64,000 nt of DNA from Lingula anatina (lineage: Eukaryota; Animalia; Brachiopoda), in assembly GCA_051362555.1 (NCBI GenBank), contig CM120649.1:18614567-18678566 (forward strand), written 5' to 3'. The position numbers and the translations under genes were made by a program. The notes below the pieces were generated by a model. The model did not search any database. It was not told the origin of the DNA and saw only the letters and a program-made list of their open reading frames with translations. This document shows positions 53,616-64,000 of the stretch, piece after piece (within the stretch, counting starts at the first letter, position 1; each line of letters starts with the position of its first letter).

Positions 53616-55217
53616 TCTCTCTCACACACACAATTATTGATGGAATACTTGAATCTTTTTTTATCTTTCAAGAAGCAGACCCATTATTCTCATATTAGTG
53701 TCTACTACTGTTTTATCCCAAGGGAAAACAGCCCAGACTGCTATATCAGAACTACAGCTAAGATCAAATACTGACCCCAGTACTCCAGTGAAACTCCAGG
53801 CCGGGGTATGGCGCATGGTCATTCTGGGCCCCCTAACTCGAAAGCATCGAGTATTGCGAATAGTGATATCACATAGAGGCTACAGTTTATTATATGGGGC
53901 GAGTGTGAGGGAGTTATGGAATTGAGACGCTTGCGAGTTACGGGGCCCTGGTCATGACTGTCTTCCGTAACTTTTCCTTTCCATTCCGAAATGAAAAATA
54001 CTGCATTACATAACTACACCAGGCCAAACTCAGTGGAGAGGTCAGGAGGTTAGAAAGAGATGTCTTTTTGGCTGGGAAAAGGTCCACTCTGGGTAAAATT
54101 TGACCTAGGTACATGAAGTTTTTATGGAAAAAGGTCCTTTTTTTTTTTCAGAAAAAGAACCCCCCTTTTAAAATTACTGGCTACAGTTCTGTACACCGTG
54201 GTATCTCATTTTCATTCTAACAAACACATCACATGGGGAGAACCAAACCATAGTGGTAAGAAAAGAGACAGAAATGACCAGCCATGTAAAGTGAATACCA
54301 CATCGGTGAACTATTTAACTTATGTAACCAATCGTTTCTCTTGAGACTACCATGTCCAGATGTGTGCCAACTGATAACAACAAACAATTTTACACCATGA
54401 GCTCTGACATGCATCCACTGACTCGGTTCATTAAACAAATAATATATGAAACCAGCAAAAGAAATGACATTCCAATGGCAAATGGAATGCAGAAAGCCGA
54501 CATCATCTAATGTGGACAATCAGTCAATGAAATCACACCAAGCAATATTAAAACTGGTTTCATTCACCCGCCAAGACTGCAGGAAGGAAATATAACGTCA
54601 TCTTATGATCAATTTCTATATCTCTACCATTTCTGGATATCAAACTTCATTATTGATAATTAAAATTATTATTATATCTATCCACAACTGCTATAATAAT
54701 TTGAAATATAACAACAATAAATGAAAATAAATAAATAATTAAAAATGAATATAAAATATAACAACATTAAAAAGGTTTCATGTAAACAAGGATTGTTCCC
54801 AAACAGTAATAATTGATTCTTAACTCAAACCTATTGTGGTCTGGAACTATTTTAGATAAAATTTCCTGAGGAAAAAAAAAAAAAAAAAAAAAAAAAAAAA
54901 GCCAGACTGGATGGCAATGTAAGACAAATGTCAAGCTATTAATCTATAAATGTAAGATAATATTCCCAAGAGTGCTCAATACAATACTCTTTATCAATTC
55001 CTCCAATTTTTAATGTCAAGCACACTAAAGAAAGGCTTTTAGGTTGCGCAAGTGGTTGAGTCGATGTGTGCGCATGAAAAAAAGTGCGAGTATGGATGAC
55101 AGACAAAACTGAAGGCGGACTTAAAAAAAATCCTGAAAATAGAAGCGCCAAAGGTGTGCATCCCTATATTAGGGGGAAGGGGTCTGGGGAATCCATTTCT
55201 GGATAAATGTGGAAGAC

Positions 55218-55220
<3 letters not shown>

Positions 55221-55268
<48 letters not shown>
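55221..55268. repeat. (GA)n microsatellite
   Basis: Directly visible. Confidence 0.9.
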
Positions 55269-55271
<3 letters not shown>

Positions 55272-56958
55272 ATGGCTGCTAAGTTATAGATTGAAACTTT
55301 TTAAAATTCAAAGAGAATGCAGTATAACAAGTAGCAATTTTAAGTATAACAAGTAGCCATTTTATTCATTTTCAGTTTTCTTTCTTGCTTATAATTCATT
55401 GAGGGCATCATCTCCACTTGCATATCTGCCTATTTGGCATCCACAGTCTAAGCTGAGCTGTTTTTCATCAATCATTTTTCCCCAATTACCACCCCCAGAA
55501 AGTCGCGTCTACTGTCATCGATTTCAAAGGTTTGCTAACCTTACACCAGCTTTCACTAAAAGTATGGAGTAATTTTACACTAAAAGCTGGTCATTTGACA
55601 TTCATCAGTTACGATGCCGTTTATTGCCAATCAGGCGAGACATCGGAGCCCATTTTCGAGTGATTCATGTAATACAACTGACATCCTTGCTTTCACTTAT
55701 TGCATTACATAATGAATGTAATCACCCATCTTGTCATTCAAGCAATCACCGTGAAAGCTCATCATCTGTCATATACCACTAACATTCTGCAATTTTCTAC
55801 GGCAACAACTCAGTAAATGAGCACAACATCAGTTTATCAGTTTTCCAACAATTAAGATGTTCTATACCTATAATACCTACAAAATAAGAGGATAACAAGT
55901 TTGAAAGGTAACCTGGGGTGTGAGTCACAGAAATCAGTTTTATGAGTTATGAAAAAAATGTAAATCCTGAAATGATAAAATCATTACGTTAAGAATATGG
56001 TGTTCAAAACTTCAAGTATTACTATTAATACCCATCGTTGGAGTCACCCAGCTATTGGTAATCACAGTAAAATGGCAATACTGCACGCAATCAGTGATAT
56101 AATTCATTAAACCCACCATTTCATATCGTATCATAATGACTAGTTTACCTTTACGTCTCTGGTATGACTTCACACCTCATATCATTTTCCATGAAAAACC
56201 TGGCCAATAACACGGATGGTTACACTAAACTGTGACTCAGTTATTCTCGCTTTGACACCACTCTGTCAAATAACCAAAAGCAATTTTTGAAACTCTTAAT
56301 TTCTCATTAGGGAGACATATACAGCTTTGTTATTCACACTATAACTGCAGACATAGCCTAGGTATTAGTTGTTGTGAAATGGGTTATTTCTAGAAAAAAC
56401 TGGCACTTTTATAACAAATCATGGTGTGGCAGATATTGTCTTCTTTGACGATATAAATACAAGGAAACAATTAATGCAAATAGAGGGAAAAAATCTGCTC
56501 TTTCAATTCTTTCATCTTATGAAAAATACAAAGCTTCTCTTTTTACAAAGTGGAAAAATAATGAAATGCATACACACACTAATGCATACATGGGTCTACA
56601 TTTACATTCCAGAATGAAAGCCTGACACTAATACGGCAAGCAAGGTACAATCTGGAAGATGATGGCAATGAAGGTACTGGCGACGGAGTTATATGCTTCC
56701 ATTTGCCACTGCTTTTTATAAATCAAGTTGCAGACAAGGCACGCACTGTGAGCTAATGTCTATCATGAAGTGTAGAATTAAGTCAGGCAAGAGGACGTGT
56801 TGTAAAAAAAATCTAGGGAAGTGAAATTGAAGTAACCAAATGTCAAGCTATGTGGCTGTAAATGTACTGGCCAGAGGCAGATTTTATTTTCAAGAAAAAA
56901 CAAAATTGTGAAGGTTTTTAGTCATTTTTAACATGGCTATGATATCATGTACCATTAT

Positions 56959-57118
56959 CAGGGGTGGAGCCAGAGATATTTTCTGACAGTCTTCCAAATT
57001 ATCTTTGTTAATCCATCCACCATTTTTGACCGTCTTCTGACAAAAAAAATAATAGATACCCTTCAATGTAAACTTGAAAATCTGACCGTCTTCTGGAAGC
57101 GGCCTAAATCCGCCCCTG
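56959..57118 (+). mobile_element. MITE family A, copy 4
   Basis: CAGGGGTGGAGCCAGAG...ATCCGCCCCTG, TSD ATTAT. Confidence 0.88.
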
Positions 57119-57904
57119 ATTATAGTACCTATAGCTACAACTTAACTTGTAACTGCAATAAATTCCCTTTTTAAGCACCAAACACATTTATCTGCTTAAT
57201 TTTTTTTCCAACACAATAAATACAAATGTCCTTAAATATATAAATCAATCTGTAAAACCAACACAATACACCAACGTTATTTGGCTCATTCCCAATGAAA
57301 CTATCATTCTGCACAGCTTGATACAATTCTGTGGGGATTCTCGCTGAATGTGATCAGTTTAACGGATTAACACACCTCTTGTTTCCACCGTACTCATATA
57401 ATCACCTACTTTTCTGTATTCTGCTCAACTCCAGAGAACAAGTTTCATTGAGAGTTAGCCCATAGATATTCGTTTTCATATCAATATTTTTTTTCAACAC
57501 AATACATACATATGTCACTATATTATACAAGCCAATTAGTAAACCAGACACCAAACACCATGCAAGGTTACAAAATTAATACATCAACCAAGTCAAGCAT
57601 GACAGCTAAGTAGAATGCTCACGATACATACATGCCATTTACTAAACGCAGGCACTCACACACACACAAACACACAATTAAAAATAAATAAATAAATAAA
57701 TAAACCTGAGACATGTCTTAACCCCAAATCTGAGTTTCACGGACATATCCTTCAGGATCGAGATTTAGACATATCTCGGGTTTATTTATTTATTCTTTAA
57801 TTGTGCATAAATGCTCCGCATAGTTGAGCTATTTGGATACCACACATACGATTCATTTATACATTATATATAAAACGGGCACATGCACAAAATCATCCTC
57901 CTAC

Positions 57905-58069
57905 CCAGCATATGTAGTCATGGTGCCCGTACGGAAGATGGCGCCGAGGATTGTGAGGATAAAACCAATGGTACTCTGAGGAAAGCTTTTGGGTCATTCG
58001 AGGATCTTTGTAGCGAACCGGCGGGAACTGGTGGCTACGGTCATAGTACGCCATGCTGCAGGAGAACAT
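57905..58069 (-). CDS. Candidate alternative first exon (MFSCSMAYYDRSHQ...HHDYICW)
   Basis: GC-rich island with in-frame ATGs at 58069 and 58054, open to TGG|gtagga in phase 0. Confidence 0.35.
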
Positions 58070-58347
58070 AGCTACGAAATTGTCTCTGGCAGTGGTATTT
58101 TCTTCTTTAACCTGTCTGATGCAGTCAGGGCAATTAAGCAAATTTCACGGAAGAGATGTCTGCAGTCTCTGATCGCGACTCCTACCTGATTTCTGATGGC
58201 AATACTTTTCAAGAGCAGAACAGTTGTACTTTGCAGCTACGCACCCACTGCAAGAGGTTCCTTCTTTAACTTGGAATCAAAGAGTTTACTTCTTTCACCA
58301 TGTGATAATTTAGTCTATGGTAACTGATGGTATATTTGATCCTCTAT

Positions 58348-58562
58348 GGCTCTGTTCTCACAACTTTTAGATCGATCTATCACCGCGGGGAGTCTCACTA
58401 GATTACTGTCAGATAATCCGCCTTAAGTGTCCGTCCCCGTCTACTACAAGCTGTAATGGATAATTAACTTTCGTGTCCGTCCGGCTGACAGCTATTTAGC
58501 GTGAACCCCCAGGGAGTTAGGTCGATCTAAAGTAGGTCGATCTAATCTATGGAAATGGGGTC
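58348..58562 (+). mobile_element. MITE family B
   Basis: Shares ggggagtctcactagattactgtcag...gtgaacccccagggagttaggtcgatc with 19605 and 27027. Right flank TAA. Confidence 0.78.
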
Positions 58563-61500
58563 TAAGAGTCTTCCAAGGTTCTACTGCTTAGACATTATAT
58601 TTGAGACGTCAACCTTCATGGTACAAAGGATACAACTTCTTTTAAAGCCTATTCACTGCCCTAAAATATCAAATATATGAAATGTTTTCCTTTAGTGGGA
58701 ATGTCTTCTTTGAAATAACTGATTGTATCAATACAATAGCTGCTGTTGTATCAGTTGAATGTAGCTTTTTTCTTCATACAATGGTGTGAAATACCACGCA
58801 CTGTCGTCTTCTGTTATTTATTTCCGTCTGTGGCAGCAATGCCTATTACCTTTTAATGTTACAGCACGAACAACTCCACTGCTTCTACTTATGCAATATT
58901 ATTTCCAGAAAAGCATGTTTTAAATGCTCTCAGGTGAAATGTTTCTATTACAGCAGATTTACTGCATTGTTGCAGGTGATAGTGGCAATAGTGATACTGC
59001 TGCCTGAGAAATGGTGGTTATGCCAATGGGAAATTAAGGAATTCCTGTCCATTTTGTCTCCATGATGGCTGCTAAAATCCTGTTCTGATGACTTTAAGGG
59101 CAATGCTTTTGTGTTGTGAGATCTAAAACAAGAGTAAATATACAGTGGCGCCCTTGGTCTTATGGATAGACAACCTTCCTCCACAGCATTTGAATCATAT
59201 AGATCTTTTTAGAATGATGTAATCACTCAACAGAGAGCACCTGATTTGCAAATTAAATTGCAATCCTTCAAAATGTGACTTTCAATGGGATTTTGCAGCA
59301 TAAAATCTAGCTACCTATTTTTCTTTTCAAAATGGCACAATGTGTATTATGTGAAATCACTACGTGTAAACTAGTCCCTTGAGGCATTTTTCTTATAAAG
59401 ATAACATTTCATCTGGATGTGGAACTAGTGCTTTTTAAGGAAGTTTTCATTTTTATAACCTTCTAAGATGGCGAAAAGATAATTTGAACATTTCTGCACA
59501 TAGTATTTTTTACATTATATCTCAAATTACCTTTTGACAATTTTGAATAGTAAAAAATAAAGTTTCACTATTTTTTTATAACGACTTCAAAATTGCAAAA
59601 CCATTTTTTCGTTCAATGTTCTCAGATTAGGTGGCATCACAATTCACATGCCGTGTACTTTCAGCCATACGTTTAATCACTATATCCAGTTGTTCTTACA
59701 AATATCCCAGTTCATTACTCTGCCCTACAAAAAACACAGCATGATAAATAAAATGGCTTCAACCTAAGTAATTACATTGACCAGATCTGATCAAGAAAAC
59801 TTTGTGTTTTGAATACCATACTGATCTGATGCATACAGATGTAACTAAGCTCTAGAATATTCTCAGTCTCTTTTCATGTAATTGCAAATCAGGGATCTTG
59901 CGAACAAACACTAAAAAGAGGTTAAACCTGACGCCTATAAACCTTTGCCATTAGAGGTTAAGATCAAATACTGTAACTCACTTTACAGTGCTGAAACGGT
60001 TTCAATTTTCCACGTCACTTGCAAAATGGCTCTCTTGTCCTGCCACATAAGAAAAAAATAGACATACAGACATATTTTCCAGCACCTCTAGGTCTTCACT
60101 GTGTTCATTATAGCGACGAGAGACAAGCAGCATGCACGTGGGAAGATTTCTCCCATCATGTTTTATCGATAAAGGCTGACATTTCACATTGTGTTGTATT
60201 TTTCTCTTGGCATTACTATTTATTGTGTTCATTGTTGTCACATGTCACACAAGATTTAATCAGTCACCTATGTATGATTTCCCAGAAAAAAAATTGTTTC
60301 AGAAAATTGCCTGCCAGCTTCATTCTATTCATAGAGGCATTCAAATATTGTCAACATATAAAGAACAAAATGTCGAACCAGCAGCCCAGAGTTCACGAGC
60401 ATCAAATCTGGCAGTGTTACTTTTAACAATGTAATTAAGTGACATTAATTTCCATTTGCTTCATCTTTCTGCATGCTTCACCACTTCAGTTTGGTAAACG
60501 AGGGAAAATCACAGTAATCCACTGATTGTTATCTCAGAAATGTGATGCTGTATTAAGGTATTTCCATACTGTATGTATAGAGGGAGCCACTGCAGCATCA
60601 AGCTCTCCTGCACTGGAGGACAATATAAGTGGTATGATCTGTCTCGTGGAAAAAAATGGACAACTGCCATTTTGTTTTTGTGCTGTGTTTTTGTACGATA
60701 AAAAATGTTCTATAATTCTACACTGAAAACATTCCCGTGACATTTTTCTGAATATTTTTCAAAAGATCAAATCCAAATAATCGTTTTCCCCCAAGAAATC
60801 TAATAATTTCCTCTACAAAATGTTCCACAATTTCATACTGATATTGTTCATTTAACTAAAAAATTGAAACTTCTCTGAAGCAGGTTATGACAGCTATGCT
60901 ATTCAGAAATCACACATCTCAGCGAAATATCTCTGAATTTCCTCTGGAATGTCCCAGAATTCACCAGTAAGAGACCACGTCAATCTCTTCACCTAGAAAA
61001 CCCCCGAGTCCATCCACCCAGACAGGAGTCCAAAACAGGAGTCCACAAGTTTGCACGACAACAAGTGTCGTCTGCTGCGAGAACCAAGCTTCAATCCCTT
61101 CATACACTGATTCATCACTTTTATGTCTGTGTGAGATGATTATAAAGCGTGAGTGCCAGTGATCAATCTGTATTCATATTAACAACCGTCTCTAGAATTT
61201 CATACCCCAATGCCTCGCGTTATGCTTTATCTCACCAAATAGGCATTAATTTGGAAATTGATAAAACATCAGACAGAGACTTTTTAACTCTTCAGTGTGT
61301 CTATTTGAATACTTTTCATATCAATGGTCAACAAAGCAAGGGGAATTAAGTCATAATATCTTCTTCTTCAGGTGCCAGCACCAATGCGGTGTGTAAGGAA
61401 CATTGACATTTTGCCAAAGGTTTCCGTTTCTCACTGTTGATATAAAGGAATTCAAATATAAAGCAGATTAAATCACCAATTTGGTATTTGTCCAATCATT

Positions 61501-64000
61501 CCGAGTTTCCAAATTCATGAAAGCTTTACCAAAAAATGTCAGGACAATTAGGTAATATACAGCATACATTTCTGGAGATAAGGCAGAAGGCAGACAGACT
61601 TGCTGATAATATATGCAAGGATAGGTTTTCCATCTTGAAATAAGCAATTTAAAAGACAAAAATAACACATGAGATTACATACAGACATGTTATATAATGC
61701 TTCTCAACAATTCTTAACCAAGTCACATTTAAGTTTGCCTTCTTTTCCATACTCTTTTCTTTATCAAATCACTATTTATGATAAGTTAGCAATCTGAACT
61801 TTACACTAGGCATGAAGAAAATCGAAAGAAAGCAATGTCAAAAATGTCTCAGATTAAAGGTCAAATATCAGAAAGGCAATGGGATTTATTGTCTTGCAAG
61901 CAAATACATGTAACAATTACTATAATTAAAATATTATAATGAAAAAAAATAAATATATATATATATTGTGGCCTTTAAAGTAACCATGGCAATGAGTGCT
62001 TTACTGTCACCTCGTAATTCTTCTTCCAGAGAGATGGAATCCAATTTTTACAAACATTTTCCCACTTTCTATTTCATTTTCTCAGAAAAGAAAGTTATCC
62101 AAATTATATAATTTCATTTGTGTTTTTCTGTACCTTTATCCTCCTTCCTATTTAAACCCCATATCGCATGAGAGCTATTTTTCTTCCTCCCTTGTTTAAA
62201 ATTGACCGTTCCATCCCAAGGGTAACAACTGGGGTCGAAGTAATAGCATTTCAGATTGGATTACTGCTTGTTATATCTATAGACAATCAAATTGTTTTGT
62301 GTTGGCCTTCTCCAACAAAATATCAATTTTTGAAACCTGTTCGCAACTGGTTTAACTTAGGCGAGAATAGTCAGACTGTTACCATATACTGATTAGAATG
62401 AACATTTTCATTATAGGCACATAGACATGGTGGAATGATCAATGTAGAATTAATTTTTGCACGAAAAAAGTCAACTGAGTCAACCATGTATTTAAGAATG
62501 AAACATCACCATTACATTGACGTCCCAACAGAAACCTACTGTGAATAGTTTTCATCATTTTGTTCTGTATTTTAGCTCCCCAAAGATTTCAACCAATGAA
62601 ATGGAAGATAAAATCAGAAAATGTTGTCATTTCCCGATGAAAAATGCCTTCATGATAAGTTTCTATGGTTACTTCTTCACAAATTCCAACTGCACAATGA
62701 TTTTTTTTTTTTTTTTTTTTTTTTTGAAAAAAAAAATTGCAATAAATCAGCAAGTGTATCATGCCTTGACAAAATTGTTCCACTTAGTTTCTGAACTAAA
62801 CTTTGCTATTCTCTCTTGGTCATCTGGAAAATTTCAAAAATAAATTCATCAAAAAAAGTAACTGATGCAGAAAGTCTTCCTCAAATATTCAAAAATGTTG
62901 CAACAACTAACTCGATATCATTTTTAGCTCTCTTGAGGGCAAAGACAAAGATCTGAGTTTTGGCAAGATCAGAGTTATGAAACCTTATTTGGTAAAGAGA
63001 AATAATCAAATGAGACCATTTACCAAGAAAGAGACCTTTTATATCTTACAACGGCATCTTCAGAATGCGATCATCTTCTCTCTAACATTAAGCACGACTG
63101 ATTAAAGATGTGAAAGAAAAACTATTGAACCTCATCCCTCGTGGGCCTGATAGTGCCTATCTCACTAGAATCTTGGCATAATTGTGAGAATTCCACGGGA
63201 ATAATGCTAATTAAGTAAATATATCGCTTTAGTTGTCATTTGGGAGAGGTTTTATTACAGTACAATGTAATGTGAGATAACAATTTAATGGAAACAATCT
63301 CATAAAATGATTCATTGGACCATAAATTGGCATCTTTAGGGTTATGAGGCATTCTTTATAACGACTACAGAAAAAAAAATCAACCTCTGAATTCATTTCT
63401 AGATTTATACTCTAAATGTTCACCAAACACAAATATAGTACAATATACCAATGAGTTGGTATCAGAGTTTAGAGCTCTTACATGGCCTATGACCTATCGG
63501 TAGAAAGTAAAGCCCTAAACAAGTAACATTTCATTATTCATCTTTCCATGATAAACACTGTACCTTATATATATTGCAATGAACTTCACGTAGCTACTCT
63601 TCCGCTCTAAAATAACAAAGCCTAGGAGGCACGAATCAAGTCACTTCTGCACTGTAAAAATCACATATCCACACAACACAAAAGCATCGCCTTGTAGACA
63701 GAAGCCACAGCCAATCTTGTTCAGAACCAATTCCTCAGAGTACCGCTGTCGAAATGCACTGTATACTGTTGTGCATCAGCACAAAGTGCCATTGTGGTTG
63801 TTTACCTGTCAGCTAAGTGATTAACTTCAGGTATGATAAGTTGTATTGGACCCAAAATATCCTTCCAGGTCACATGATCCTGTCTGACGTACTTTCTTAT
63901 TGCGCTGGCAGAGTTAATGTACTAGCTTCCTTCCTGCTTTTTGGCTCTGCGATATCACCATCTGTGCACAGCATGAATAAGTGCACTCCCCCACACAAAT

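Overview
AT-rich, intron-rich metazoan (probably invertebrate) genomic DNA. The window holds the 3' half of a CASK/LIN-2 MAGUK gene on the minus strand: L27 linker and second L27, PDZ, SH3, HOOK and guanylate-kinase (GK) domain, ending ...QWVPVSWVY* at 8317. The CaMK-like and first L27 exons were not found, so everything above 29590 appears to be one intron of more than 34 kb. The most striking feature is three pairs of tandemly duplicated, phase-matched exons that look mutually exclusive, two in the PDZ domain and one in the GK domain, giving up to 8 core isoforms. There is a possible fourth pair. An RFX/X-box-like palindrome sits just after the donor of the first-transcribed member of each pair. 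The introns also hold candidate alternative first exons: a 437-codon disordered exon, a MEINGR micro-exon and several weaker ones. Many non-autonomous DNA transposons have readable TIRs and TSDs (Chapaev-like, 5-bp-TSD hAT-like, PIF/Harbinger-like, CACTA-like, 8-bp-TSD foldback), alongside tandem repeats and microsatellites. All exon boundaries were read by eye from GT-AG sites and reading frame. No transcript or database evidence was available, and comparisons to human CASK are from memory.
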